The notes under the pieces were generated by a model. It worked only from the letters and a program-made list of their open reading frames with translations. It was not told where the DNA came from and did no database searches. A program made the translations under genes and the position numbers. Below are positions 40,697-58,479 of a stretch of 64,000 nucleotides of DNA, piece by piece; the first letter of the stretch is position 1, and every line of letters starts with the position of its first letter. The stretch is from Octopus vulgaris (taxonomy: Eukaryota): assembly GCA_951406725.2 (NCBI GenBank), contig OX597840.1, positions 23,746,001 to 23,810,000 on the forward strand, given 5' to 3'.

Positions 40697-42223
40697 TATT
40701 TTTCTCCTCTCACCACAAAGTCCAAATGTTTTACCTTTTTTTTTATATTCTATTCCCCAGTTATTTCTGTTGCTCGAAATGCTTAGCGGTATTTCGTCTG
40801 TCTTTTTGTTCTGAGTTCAAATTCCACCGAAGTCGACTTTGCCTTTCATCCTTTCGGGGTCAATAAATAAAGTACCAGTTTCACACTAGGGTAGATATAA
40901 TCGACTTAATCCCTTTGTCTGTCCTTGTTTGTCCCCTCTATGTTTAGCCCCTTAGTGGGCAATAAAGAAATATATATTTCCATCAACTGTAATCATTGTC
41001 AACATCTGAGGGGGCTGCCAATTCCTTTGCAATCCAGGTTTAATTAGAATACAGGATTGGTTTTCTTGCACCCATTCCAGGCAGAAAAGTACAGAAATGC
41101 TGCTAATAATCACACACCCAAAGAATCTTCTTTTATGCTAAATATCCTCTCTGATACTCTGAAATAAAAAAGAAATAATATGAGATATAGAATATACTTG
41201 AAAAGTAAAGATTAAATAATGAAAATTTTATTACGTTTTTATACTGATAAACTGGAGATATAAACCTTTAGCTGGCCAAATAAACGTTAACACGTCAGTC
41301 TGACAAACAAACAAGGAGATTATAAGGTAGTCGTGGGATGTGCTAAAACTAATAGCTAAATAGCTCTTAAATCACGCAGCAATTTTAAATATTTTGTTTT
41401 GGTTTTTGCACAATCCTATGAATTACAAATTCGCAAGAGTTTTCTAAAAATTCCCAAAAGTTTTGAACCAACGAAGAATTTATAATTTACATCTGCTGTT
41501 TGTTTGTTGAGTGAAGCGGTCTCCGTCCCAGAGCTCGCAAGATGGAAGAAGTTGGAAACGTGGTCCTTTGCTATTCGTAAGACCCGCAGAAGAGAAAGCA
41601 GGTCAGCCATCCGACACCGAGAGCATCGATGGATGGATGAATGTGCACCCAGGCTTGGCGGTTGCGTAGGAAGTCGGGGGACAAGAAACAGGAAAAAAGA
41701 GTGAGAGAAAGTTGGGGCGAAAGAGTACAACAGGGGTCGCCACCACCCTCTGCTGGAGCACCGTGGAGCTTTAGGTGTTTTCGCTTAATAAGCACTCACA
41801 ACGCCCGGTCTGGGAATCGAAACCAGCGATCCTCCGAACGTGAGTCCACTGCCCAAACCACTGGGCCATTGCGCTTCCACTTACATGTGCTGTATATGAA
41901 ATACCAGAGGTTATTGTGTTAAAAAGAGCAAGGACTAATGTTTACTTTCAAACGGTTGATGATGAAGATGATATACATATATATATATTTATTGCCCACA
42001 AGGGGATATACAAAGAGGGGACAAACAAGGACAGACATAGGGATTAAGTCGATTACATCGACCCCAGTGCATAACTGGTACTTAATTTATCGACTCTGAA
42101 AGATGAAAGGCAAAGTCGACGTCAGTGGAATTTGAACTCATAACGTAAAGATACATGCATTTCGCCCGTCATGCTAATGTTGCTGCCAGCTCGCCACCTT
42201 TATATATATATATTTTATTTTAT

Positions 42224-42315
42224 TTTATTTTATAGAAGGAGCTTCTACAGTACTAGAACTGTTTCATTCAGATGAAACAGTTCTAGTCCTGTAGAAGCTC
42301 CTTCTATAAAATAAA
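42224..42315. repeat. Inverted repeat, 44-bp arms, 4-nt loop, one mismatch
   Basis: tttattttatagaaggagcttctacagtactagaactgtttcat-tcag-atgaaacagttctagtcctgtagaagctccttctataaaataaa. Confidence 0.92.
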
Positions 42316-43064
42316 TTACTTTACTCTGCTATGTATTGAGTACCTTATTTACTGTGGTTAACCTCAACTCAACCCGGAACCTACATATATACATATATAT
42401 ATATATATTGGTAAAACGGTAAGATAACAAAAGAAATAAAGAAAGAGACCTCAATATTATGTAAATAGAGGAAATTTATCTATAAAATAATGTTACATTT
42501 ACTCAATAGTCAAGATAAAACGCTGAGTTTCAGATGCCGAAGTGGAAATCCACAACACCATCTCTTCGGTTATCTGGCCATCTGAAAAAACGCTATGAAA
42601 AAATACCGTTATATAAAGGGAAATTACTGTCTTATAATTCTGCGCCAAAACCCACGTGCGTACTTATACGTCACTATGGAAACGTACACATCTTCACTCG
42701 CATTTTTCGCCAAATATATACGCATATATATATACAACCTCATACACACACACACATGCGTACCATAAAAGTTCATACATACGTCTATATACGCACAAAC
42801 ACAAGAAAAACCATGGTTAAAGGTAACAGAAAAAAAAACATAAGGAAGTATACAAAGCATAAAAACCACGTTCATATACGGACATGCCCCTATGCACTCA
42901 TACACACACACACGCCCATATATGTACATACCCGCACATATTTATATACGTATACATACACACGCATATACAAAAAATGAATATATATATGTCCCCCCTC
43001 CACAAAAAAATGGAAAAATACTAAGTAAAAACGTCTATATAAATATATGTGCATTCGTAAAAAC

Positions 43065-43107
<43 letters not shown>

Positions 43108-43449
43108 TATATATGTATATACATATATATGCACATACACACACACAAAAGTTGGTGATTACAAAGGAATTTCACAAGAATCATATATATAGTGGAAGCC
43201 GCTTATTGTGATCATTTCCGCACAGCATTGGCCAACACCTAACAGATGACGTTAAACAAATATAAAGTCTGAACCAATTGATTTTGATAACAATAACCGG
43301 CTGATAACGTTATCCGCTATTCCGATTGACCGCCACTCCATTCCTGCCCAGCCTACATCAATACACAACAAACTACGGCATTTCTATAAATGGCAGTATT
43401 TGCTATACAACGTCTTCAATCAGATCGTATTCCTCTCCAATATATATAC

Positions 43450-43672
43450 ATCATCATCATCATCCTCATCGTTTAACGTCCGCTTTCCATGCTAGCATGG
43501 GTTGGACGGTTCAACTGGGGTCTGGCAAGCCCGAAGGCTGCACTAGGCCAATCAGATCTGGCAGTGTTTCCACAGCTGGATGCCCTTCCTAACGCCAACC
43601 ACTCCGAGAGTGTAGTGGGTGATTTTATGTGCCACCGACACAGATGCCAGACGAGGTTGGCAGACGGCCACG
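43450..43672 (-). mobile_element. RTE 3'-end insertion specific to cassette C, next to the exon-1 donor
   Basis: (CAT)n tail and RTE 3' UTR motif; empty site in A, B and D. Confidence 0.8.
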
Positions 43673-43675
43673 CTA

Positions 43676-43782
43676 ACTTACCCCTGATGCTTAATAAATA
43701 AATAAATATTTATTTACTTTCGATTTCGTCTCCAAAGAATTGAGGAAACGTGACAAGCCGGAAGTAAGGTGCGTCATGTGAC
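43676..43782 (-). promoter_or_regulatory. Inferred ZNF-C promoter, exon 1 and donor
   Basis: CCGGAAGT 43758-43765, GTCATGTGAC 43773-43782, donor 43681-43676. Confidence 0.65.
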
Positions 43783-44847
43783 TTAGACTCTTTAATATAT
43801 GAAACCACAAAGAGTGCTGCTGACACAAAAGCGAAACTAAGAAGGAAGGGGGAACGTAATATTGTTGTTGACTATCACCATGGTTACTGTCTAAGCGGAA
43901 GGCGCATGGCTCGGTGGTTAGCGCATCGGGCTATCAATCGCATGTTAGTGAGTTCGATTCCCTGGATCTTTTCGTTTTGACTGGCAGATTTTTAAAATAA
44001 TTTCTTTGTAACTAAACACTTTTAAACTTAAGTACCAGTTACGCACTGGGGTCGATGTAATCAACTTAATCCCTTTGTCTGTCCTTGTCTGTTCCCTCTT
44101 ATCTTTTCGGTTTGAACAGCAGTTTTTAACATAATTTCTAGGTAACTAAACACTTTTAAACTTTGTGTAATGGTAGAATCTGTTACATAAAACATCTTTT
44201 TCTCTTGGCTTTCTTGAGAAAATTCTGTAGTTTGTAAGCTACAATTATTGCTGTTGATAAACTACGGCAGATATTATATTCACCTCAATAGACGTCATTG
44301 TTTGGTTGAAATTGCCGAAATGCAAGAAATTAAACAACAAATAGCTTACAAGCTACAGAATTTTCTCAAGAAATCCAAGAGAAAAAGATGTTTTATAAAC
44401 ACATTCTACCAGTATACGAAGTTTAAAGAATAAGTCCTTGGGTCGATTTGATCGACTAAAGGCGGTGCTCCAGCATGGCCACAGTCACATGACTGAAACA
44501 AGTAAAAGAGTAAAGAGAGATAGCTAGATAAACAGGTAGATAGATAGGTATGTAGGTAGGCAGATAGATAAATAGACAGACAGATAAGATAGATGATAGA
44601 TAGATAGAGAGAGAGACAGACAGATAGATGGATAGACAGAGAGAAGCATTTCTTCCTTCGAAAAGGACGATTCTTTTCTTCAGCTTTAAAGCTTCCAACA
44701 TGAATGTTGGTGGTGGTGGCCATGTTTATAGCAGGAAGGGTTGTCTTTACTTCTTTGTATCATCTAAGGCCAGACTGGAAGGTTTCTGTGTGCGTTCAAG
44801 CGGAACAACTTCCTTTTCAGACAGATAGATAGACAAACAGAGAGATA

Positions 44848-45096
44848 CGGTACTACTTGAGAACAGTGGTCCCGGTGCGCGCACTCGCGCTAGCTAGTCG
44901 TGACTAGTCGATCCTACGACTAGCTAGCAAAGTAAATACTACACAAAATAATTTTTTTAACACAAAGTAAATAATTTTTGTTAAAATAAATAAAACACAA
45001 AAACACAAAGTAAGGATCGACTAATCATGACTAGCTAGCGCGGATGCACGAGTACGCGAGTGCGCGCACCGGGACCACTCTTCTCAAGTAGTACCG
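44848..45096. mobile_element. MITE with long GC-rich terminal inverted repeats
   Basis: cggtactacttgagaacagtggtcccggtgcgcgcactcgcg... mirrored at the right end; ATA on both flanks; only the right half survives in B (~31023-31172). Confidence 0.8.
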
Positions 45097-45929
45097 ATAG
45101 ATAGACAGACAGAGATAGACAGGCACAGATATGCTATAGAAATAAACTTTGACGTACGCACCTTGAAGTTTTCCAGTGTTAAAACTTTCTTTGGAAGTTG
45201 CACGTCATTTTCAGCAGGTGCTTCGTGTGTGTGTGTGTGTGTAGGCAGAGGACGGCCGAATGGTCAAGAAGATTCCTTAACAACCACGAGGTCCCTCGTT
45301 CTGTCCTACTGCGAGACACTTTATGCAAATAACACTTTCTGCAGTGTCCAGTTGACCTGAATGAAATCGGACAGAGGGGAAAGTGCTGAACCCAGGAATT
45401 CCAAAGAGGTCAGCTTCGGGTCGCAGAGGTTCTTGTATGATCCCAGCGGAATCCTCGGCGACTCACGGGAATTCAGGAGCAGGTGATTCAGTTGGTCTTA
45501 CACCTGAATCCTCATCGGCGAACGACGGGGATCCACGATGTATAGAAATGTCTGTATAGGTATAGATGGAAATGGTGAGGATATTAAGAAATGGTTAATA
45601 GCAAAATGTGGGAAATAAAAAAATTGGAATGGACAGTGAAAAGGAAAACGAAACAGTGAAAGAAATTATATAACTTTGTTTAAGTAATTTTTTTAGTCCT
45701 TCCTTTTTTCTGAGTTGTGCGTTAGATATGAAATCATTCGTATCTAATTCCGGTCTCCTAATAATTATCAGTTATAAAGTGGAATTGATCAAGGAATAAA
45801 GATTTGTATGAAACTATAGCAGGAAATAAACGGAATTTGCAAGACTGAACGGTTAATGGACGAGGGGAAGTAACTCTTCCTTCAACAAAAGTCTTGAATA
45901 TTTTTATTTAGCTTCGGCTTTAAATGACA

Positions 45930-46512
45930 ATTAATTAATTCAACAAATTGTTAGAAAGGATCACAAAAGTACAGCCCCCCAAAATACTGCAGGGCTTAAT
46001 GACCGCCTCAAGAACCCAGTTTCCACAAAAACTTTTTGCTGGGAGCTGCACAAAGCCAGATTTCAAGGGAGGGCTGCAATCAGAAAACCACTACTTTCAA
46101 AAACAAACGTTGCAAAGCGTTTAGAGTGGAGTAAAAACCTACAGAAATGGTCCCAAGAGCAGTGGAAGAATGTTATTTTCTAGGACGAGTCATCCTTTAC
46201 CTTATTTCCGACCACTGGCCGAGTATACGTGTGAAGAGAGCCAAAAGAAGCATTTGACCCAGACTGCCTTCTTCCAACTGTTAAACATGGAGGAGGATCT
46301 GTAATGATCTGGGGAGCTATATCTTGGAAATCTGCCAGCCCAATGGTTCCCCTTCATGGCAGAATTAATAGTCAAGACTATTTAAGCATTTTATCTGATC
46401 AAATTCATCCTATGGTAGGGGAACTGTTTCTGGAGGGAAACGCAAGCTTTCAGGATGATAATGCACCAATTCACACAGCTAAAGTTGTCACTGAATGGCA
46501 CGAGGAACATTC
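45930..46512 (+). mobile_element. Tc1-like transposase fragment
   Basis: ORF 46304-46531 with FQDDNAPIH. Confidence 0.88.
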
Positions 46513-47036
46513 ATCAACCGTTTCAAAGTAAACATTAGTCCTTGCTCTTTTTAACACAATAACTCCTGGTATTTCATATACAGCAGATCTTTCCTTCTCC
46601 TATGTTTGCGACGAAGAGCTCCGCTCGAAATGTTATACGCACCTTTTTCCTGAGCCTCCAATGATACTATATTTGTTCCACGTCTTCGCGTTGTTGTGCT
46701 TTCTTGGTTCGATTAACTATATATATATATATACCGATTGTGGCCGCTGCCAGATTCCCCTGGCACCTGTGCCGGTGGCATGTAAACAACACCCACTACA
46801 CTCGCGGAGTGGTTGGCGTTAGGAAGGGCATCCAGTTGTAGAAACACTGCCAGATCAGACTGGGCCTGGTGCAGCCTACATGCTTCCCAGACCCCAGTCG
46901 AACCGTCCAACCCGTGCTAGCACGGAAAACGGACGTTAAACGATGATCATGATGATGATATATATACAAATTAAAATCAAGGAAACTCAGAAGTAGCATT
47001 AATATAGTTTATTAACTGCAAAAATTCAACATGTAC

Positions 47037-47113
47037 ACTTACAGCTGTTTCGAATTTGCTCATCAGAAATTCCAATAATTAAAACATTTAATTGGGCAAA
47101 ATCTCATCAGAGG
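47037..47113 (-). ncRNA. Minimal hammerhead motif, paralog of 22521-22597
   Basis: CUGAUGA...GAAACAGCUGUA. Confidence 0.6.
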
Positions 47114-47244
47114 AATGAAAAAGACATATCGTTAGGTTATCACGTTATTCTTCCAAAACATCTCAACAGACTAAAACTTTTATTTAATTACTAATATTGG
47201 TATAAATCTTGGCCAGTGGGTAACAGGCTGTATAAGGGTAATAA

Positions 47245-47951
47245 TCTTTATATATATAAAACTGAGAATGTGTGTCTGTCTGTCTGTGTGTTTTCCTAAA
47301 ACTTGAGAACTACACAACCAATTTCATTCAAATTTTACACATGCCTTACTTAGGGTCCATGTAGTTTCATGGGCAAAAAAGTTCAACTTCTTGCCTAGAG
47401 CGAGCCCATAGCAATATCATATTTTCTCCACTATTTCAGTATTACATGTTAAAAGTGAAACAAAAATATTTCTCTATTTCATGTCAGATGCTTTCACTTT
47501 AACAATAAAAATAATAATAACAATTCAATTATATGTAGTAAGTAATAATTAAAATCAAACTAAAGTATAATATAATCGTAACATACAAAAGTAAAAATAG
47601 CAATTGGTATAAAATTGCATCAATGATTTGAACTTGAATAAGTGGTTTCACATGAATGGGAATAAATTAAAAATATAATTAGCGTGCAGAAATGGAATAG
47701 TCCAGATGGATAATACAAAATTAAATTAAAGACAAGACTTTTGTCTATAAAGTATACAATGTAGAGAAAAAAGATCTAACAATTCCAGTCTGTTATATAT
47801 TTTGAGTATTGTTATCACTAGTGATATCAAGATATAACTTTGTATTTTGCCTTTTATGTGTAGATGTATATAGATAGATGTACATGTAATATGTACACAT
47901 ATATACATGCACTAGCACTATGACCTGGCAACGACGGGTCTTTAATGCTAG
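47245..47951 (+). mobile_element. Non-autonomous Helitron, paralog of 22729-23441
   Basis: TC...hairpin...CTAG at an AT site. Confidence 0.8.
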
Positions 47952-48494
47952 TTGGTAAATAAATGGTAGATAGTGAGTGATATTTCTCACTATAATTATT
48001 TTATAATGTATCGATTTAATTATTTTGTAATTTATCTATATCAGTTCAATCAATTTCTTTAACAAAGTTATAAATGTGATCACGTTGTTCTCTCATTCAT
48101 ATCATACTATTTTTACTATAACTCACTAATCTAACATTTATTCAATGCAGTTTCGATTCCCAGACCGGGCGTTGGGTGTGTTTATTGAGCGAAAACACCT
48201 AAAGCCCCACGAGGCTCCGGCAGGGGGTGGTGGCGGTCCCTGCTGTACTCTTTCTTCCTGTTTCTTGAGTAATGCTGCGATGGACTGGCATCCTGTCCAG
48301 CTGGTGGTGTAACACATATGCCACAGAAACCGGGCCCATGAGCCTGGCTAGGTTTGTAAAGGGCGCATAAATAAATAAAAATAATAAATATACTGGCATT
48401 TAATAAAACTGTGTAAGAGAATAATTTACCACAACTCAATTGCAAGAAGCACTTCCATCAAGTTAAGCTATTTATTCGAGAGAATGATTTAATA

Positions 48495-48877
48495 GAGGTG
48501 CAGGAGTGGCTGTGTGGTAAGTAGCTTGCTAACCAACCACATGGTTCCGGGTTCAGTCACACTGCGTGGCATCTTGGGCAAGTGTCTTGTGAGTGGATTT
48601 GGTAGACGGAAACTGAAAGAAACCTGTCGTATATACGTATATATATATGTATGTGCATGTGTCTGTGTGTCTGTGTTTGTCCTCTTAGCATTGCTTGACA
48701 ACCAATGCTTGTGTGTTTACGTCCCCGTCACTTAGCGGTTCGGCAAAAGAGACCGATAGAATAAGTACTGGGCTTACAAAGAATAAGTCCTGGGGTCGAT
48801 TTGCTCGACTAAAGGCGGTGCTCCAGCATGGCCACAGTCAAATGACTGAAACAAGTAAAAGTGAGAGAGAGAGAGAG
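48495..48877 (+). mobile_element. SINE family 2
   Basis: Paralog of 23985-24402 with an internal deletion. Confidence 0.85.
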
Positions 48878-48896
48878 TAATAGAATTATCACAGTG

Positions 48897-52161
<3,265 letters not shown>

Positions 52162-53823
52162 TATTTTTCTCCTCTCACCACAAAGTCCAAATGTCTTTCT
52201 TTTTTTTTATATTCTATTCCCCAGTTATTTCTGTTGCTTGAAATGCTTAGCGGTATTTCGTCTGTCTTTTTGTTCTGAGTTCAAATTCCACGGAGGTCAA
52301 CTTTGCCTTTCATCCTCTCGGGGTCAATAAATAAAGTACCAGTTTCACACTGGGGTTGATATAATCAACTTAATCCCTTTGTCATTCCTTATTTGTCCCC
52401 TCTATGTTTAGCCCCCTAGTGGGCAATAAAGAAATATATATTTCCATCAACTGTAATCATTGTCAATATGTGAGGGGGCTGCCAATTCCTTTGCAATCCA
52501 GGTTTAATCAGAATACAAGATTGGTTTTCTTGCACCCATTCCAGGCAGTGAAGTACAGAAATGCTGCTAATAATCACACACCCAAAGAAAATCTTTTACA
52601 ATACTATAATCGATTTATATAAACAGGGTAATATTCCTTCTGTGTAGCATCTTAGTTTCATCTTAAACAATATATCATATATATTCATGATGTGTTCGAT
52701 GTAAAATCTTCTTTTATGCTAAATATCCTCTCTGATACTCTGAAATAAAAAAGAAATAATATGAGATATAGAATATACTTGAAAAGTAAAGATTAAATAA
52801 TGAAAATTTTATTACGTTTTTATACTGATAAACTGGAGATATAAACCTTTAGCTGGCCAAATAAACGTTAACACGTCAGTCTGACAAACAAACAAGGAGA
52901 TTATAAGGTAGTCATGGGATGTGCTAAAAATAATAGCTAAATAGCTCTTAAATCACGCAGCAATTTTAAAAATTTTGTTTTGGTTTTTGCACAATCCTAT
53001 GAATTACAAATTCGCAAGAGTTTTCTAAAAATTCCCCAAAAGTTTTGAACCAACAAAGAATTTATAATTTACATCTGCTGTTTGTTTGTTGAGTGAAGCG
53101 GTCTTCGTCCCAGAGCTCGCAAGAGGGAAGAAGTCGGAAACGTGGTCCTTTGCTATTCGTAAGACCCGCAGAAGAGAAAGCAGGTCAGCCCCCCCCCCCC
53201 GACACCGAGAGCATCGACGGATGGATGAATGGGCATCCAGGCTCGGCGGTTGCGTAGGAAGTCGGGGGACAAGAAACAGGAAGAAAGAGTGAGAGAAAGT
53301 TGGGGCGAAAGAGTACAACAGGGGTCCCCACAACCCTCTGCTGGAGCATCGTGGAGCGTTAGGTGTTTTCGCTCAATAAACACACACAACGCCCAGTCTG
53401 GGAATCGAAACCGCAATCCTCCGACCGCGAGTCCGCTGCCCTAACCACTGGGCCATTGCGCCTCCACTTACATCTGTTTTATATGAAATACCAGAAGTTA
53501 TTGTGTTAAAAAGAGCAAGGACTAATGTTTACTTTGAAACGGTTGATGATGATGATATATATATATATTTACTACCCACAAAGGGATAAACATAGAGGGG
53601 ACAAACAAGGACAGACATAGGAATTAAGTCGATTACATTGACCCCAGTGCATAACTGGTACTTAATTTATCGACCCTGAAAGATGAAAGGCAAAGTCGAC
53701 CACAGTGGAATGTGAACTCATAACGTAAAGACACATGCATTTCGCCCGTCGTGCTAATGTTGCTGCCAGCTCGCCACCTTCATATATATTTATATATTTG
53801 CGTATATATATATATATATATAT

Positions 53824-56589
53824 CATCATCATCATCATCGTTTAATGTCCGTTCTCCATGCTAGCATGGGTTAGATGGTTCGACCGGGGATCTGGGAAGC
53901 CAGTAGGCTGTACCAGGCTGCAGTCTTATCTGGCAATGTTTCTACGGCTGGATGCCCTTCCTAACGCCAACCACTCCGTGAGTGTAGTGGGTGCTTTTTA
54001 CGTGCCACCTGCACAGGTGCCAGGTGAGGCTGGCAACGGCCTTGGTCGGATTGGCGTATTTTACGTGCCACCGGCACGGAAGCCACTCGAAACGGCGCTG
54101 GCATCGGCCACGAGTAGGATAGTGCTTTTACGTACCACCAGACCAGGGATCCTGGCTGGTTCAATTCGATTTCGATTTCGCTTGCCCCAACATGTCTTCG
54201 CAAGCAAAGGAGGGTTGGCATGGGTGCCTGTCGTCGGATGAGGTTCTATATCGACTTCGCTTGCCTCAACAGGTCTTTGTGTCCAAGGGAGGAAAGGCAT
54301 TCATAAGTGGGCTGGGCTCACTTGTCCTGCCTGGTCTTCTCACGTACAGCATATTTCCATAGGTCTCGGTCGCTGGTCATTTCCTCAGTGAGGCCTAAAG
54401 TTCGAAGGTCGTGCTTCACCACCTCCTCCCAGGTTTTCCTGGGTCTACCTCTTCCACGGGTTCCCTCAACTGCTAGGGATTGGCACTTTCTCACACACCT
54501 ATCTTCATCCATTCTCGCCACATGTCCATACCAGTGCAATCGTCTCTCTTGCACACCACAACTGATGCTTCTTAGGTACAACATTTCTCTCAAGGTACTA
54601 ACGCTCTGTCGAGTATGTACACATCCATCGGAGCATACTGGCTTCATTCCTCACAAGCTTACACATATCTTTAGCAGTCACGGCCCATGTTTCACTACCA
54701 TGTAGCATGGCTGTTCGTACACATGCATCATACAGTCTGCCTTTTACTCTGAGCAAGAGGCCTTTAGTCACCAGCAGAGGTAAGAGCTCCCTAGACTTTG
54801 CCCAGGCTATTCTTATTCTAGCAGTTACACTTTCAGCGCACCCATCCCCACTACTGACTTGGTCACCTAGATAACGGAAGCTATCAACTACTTCTAGTTT
54901 TTCCCGCTGGAAAGTGACGGAAGTTGTTTTCTGCAGATTTTCGGAGGTTAATGCTCCCAAGCATCTGCCACATACAAAAACTATCTTCCCAGTTAGCCTA
55001 CCTTTGACATTGCTGCACCCCTTATGTGTCCATAGCTTACACTGGGTACATCTTATAGAGTTTCTACTTACACCTTTTCTACAGATCGAGCAGGGCCATC
55101 TTCCTGAAGACATTTGTGGATTGTCTACCTTCCTACTTATTAGTACTTTGGTTTTAGCTAGGTTGACTCTAAGGCCCCTCGATTCTAAACCCTCCTTCCA
55201 CACCTGGAACTTCTCCTCTAGCTCTGATAGTGACTCAGCAATTAGAGCAAGGTCGTCAGCATAGAGGAGCTCCCAGGGGCAACCTGTCTTGAATTCCTCC
55301 GTAATTGCCTGGAGGACTATGATAAATAGGAGGGGGCTGAGTACTGAACCCTGGTGGACCCCAACCTCTACTTTGAATTCTTCTGTGTATGTGTTGCCAA
55401 CCCTAACCTTACTTACGGCATCTCTGTACATGGCTTGCACAGCCCTCACCAGCCATTCATCTATCCCTAGTTTCCTCATTGACCACCAGATAAGGGATCG
55501 GGGGACCCTATCAAAGGCTTTCTCCATGTCAACGAAAGCCAGGTACAGGGGCTTATCTTTGGCTAGGTATTTCTCCTGCAGCTGCCTTACCAGGAATATA
55601 GCATCAGTGGTACTTTTCCCTGGCACGAACCCAAACTGCATCTCATCTAAACTAACTCTCTCTCTAATTAGGTGGGCTATGACCCTCTCCGTAACCTTCA
55701 TTACCTGATCCAACAGCTTGATACCTCTGTAATTATTTGTATCTAGGGCATCACCTTTACCTTTGTAGCAGTTGACTAGTATGCTGCTACACCAGTTATT
55801 GGGTATGACTCCTTCATGTATCACCTGGTTGACTATATGGGTGAATAGGTTATATCCGACACTGCCAGATGTTTTGAGCATCTCTGCAGTAATTCCTGAT
55901 GGGCCTGGGGCTTTCCCTGTCTTCATGCTTCTAATTGCCTTAGCTACCACGGAACTATCAACTCGGATAGCTGGTCCCTCTGTTGGGTCAACATTCGGCA
56001 GACTCTCTTTATCCCATTCATTTTCTTTATTCAGCAACCTTTCATAGTGGCATCTCCAAACCTCTCTCTTTGCATCCTCATTTAGCGCAAGTGAACCATC
56101 ATCCATGCGAACACACTTCTCTCCTACCACATCACGATTCTCTCTCACACACTGTCTTGCAACACGAAATACCTCAAGTCTTTCATCCTCACGGCTCACA
56201 ACATTGGCAAATTTTTTCTTATCCGCTTCCCCTCTGGCTAAATAAACATGTCTCCTAGCTTCCCTTCTGGTTGTCTGATACAATTCCCTGCTACCACTGT
56301 TCTTCCAGTCCCTCCAAGCCTGTTTCTTTTGTCTAATAGCCCTGTCCACCACATTGTTCCACCACCACGTTACTCTGGGTCGAGACGGGACTTTGGTCCA
56401 TCCACAGATCTGGTCAGTGGCTGTCAGCAGATTGTCCCGTAGAAATCTCCAGTTGTCTTCCACATTAAGTGAAGCTATATCCCCTTCTATTTCGTCAAAG
56501 GCTTCGAGTAGTATGTCTCTAAATCTCTGTCCATTTGCAGGATCTTTAAGCTTCCAGACCCATCTCCTCCAAGCTGGTCTTCTTCTGGG

Positions 56590-56591
<2 letters not shown>
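53824..56591 (-). mobile_element. 5'-truncated RTE-clade LINE (copy D), same insertion site as in cassette A
   Basis: 664-aa ORF with NYRGIKL, DMEKAFD, GVHQGSVLSP, YADD; C-terminus in 54318-54647; (GAT)n tail. Confidence 0.95.
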
Positions 56592-56634
<43 letters not shown>

Positions 56635-57670
56635 GTAAAACGGTAAGATAACAAAAGAAAGAAAGAAAGAGACCTCAATATTATGTAAATAGAGGAAATT
56701 TATCTATAAAATAATATGTTACATTTACTCAATAGTCAAGATAAAACTCTGAGTTTCAGATGCAAGTGGAAATCCACAACACCATCTCTTCGGTTATCTG
56801 GCCATCTGAAAAAACGCTATCAAAAAATACCGTTATATAAAGGGAAATTACTGTATTATAATTCTGCGCGCGAAAACCCACGTGCGTACTTATACGTCAC
56901 TATGGAAACATACACATCTTCACTCGCATTTTTCGCCAAATATATACGCATATATATACAACCTCATACATACACACATGCGTACCGTAAAAGTTCATAC
57001 ATACGTCTATATACGCACAAAAACAAGAAAAACCATGGTTAAAGGTAACAGAAAAAAAAACATAAGGAAGTATACAAAGCATAAAAACCACGTTCATATA
57101 CGGACATGCCCCTATGCACTCATACACACACACACGCCCATATATGTACATACCCGCACATATTTATATACGCATACATACACACGCATATACAAAAAAT
57201 GAATATATATATGTCCCCCCCCCCACAAAAAAATGGAAAAATACTAAGTAAAAACGTCTATATATATATGTGCATTCTTATGCCCGCACACACACATATA
57301 TATAAATATAGACATATATATGTATATACATATATATGCACATACACACACACAAAAGTTGGCGATTACAAAGGAATTTCACAAGAATCATATATATAGT
57401 GGAAGCCGCTTATTGTGATCATTTCCGTACAGCATTGGCCGACACCTAACAGATGACGTTAAACAAATATAAAGTCTGAACCAATTCATTTTGACAACAA
57501 TAACCGGCTGATAACGTTATCCGCTATTCCGATTGACCGCCACTCCATTCCTGCCCAGCCTACATCAATACACAACAAACTACGGCATTTCTATAAATCG
57601 CAGTATTTGCTATACAACGTCTTCAATCAGATCGTATTCCTCTCCAATATATATACATATATATATAATA

Positions 57671-57777
57671 ACTTACCCCTGATGCTTAATAAATAAATAA
57701 ATATTTATTTACTTTCGATTTCTTCTCCAAAGAATTGAGGAAACGTGACAAGCCGGAAGTAAGGTGCGTCATGTGAC
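57671..57777 (-). promoter_or_regulatory. Inferred ZNF-D promoter, exon 1 and donor
   Basis: CCGGAAGT 57753-57760, GTCATGTGAC 57768-57777, donor 57676-57671. Confidence 0.65.
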
Positions 57778-58479
57778 TTAGACTCTTTAATATATGAAAC
57801 CACAAAGAGTGCTGTTGACACAAAAGCGAAACTAAGAAGGAAGGGGGAACGTAATATTGTTGTTGACTATCACCATGGTTACTGTCTCAGCGGAAGGCGC
57901 ATGGCTTGGTGGTTAGCGCATCGGGCTATCAATCACGAGTTAGTGAGTTCGATTCCCTGGATCTTTTCGCTGTTCCACGTTGCCAGCGGAATCCTCGGCG
58001 ACTCACGGGAATTCCGGAGCAGGGGATTCAGTTGGTCTTACACCTGAATCCTCATCGGCGAACGACGGGGATCCACGATGTATGAAAATGTCTGTATAGG
58101 TATAGATGGAAATGGTGAGGATATTAAGAAATGGTTAATAGCAAAATGTGGGAAAGAAAAAAACTGGAATGGGCAGCCGAAAGGAAAACGAAACAGTGAA
58201 AGAAATTATATAACTTTGTTTAAGTAATTTTTTTTAGTCCTTCCTTTTTTCTGAGTTGTGCGTTAGATATGAAATTAGATATGAAATCATTCGTATCTAA
58301 TTCCGGTCTCCTAATAATTATCAGTTATAAAGTGGAATTGATCAAGGAATAAAGATTTGTATGAAACTATAGCAGGAAATAAACGGAATTTGCAAGACTG
58401 AACGGTTAATGGACGAGGGGAAGTAACTCTTCCTTCAACAAAAGTCTTGAATATTTTTACTTAGCTTCGTATTTAAATG

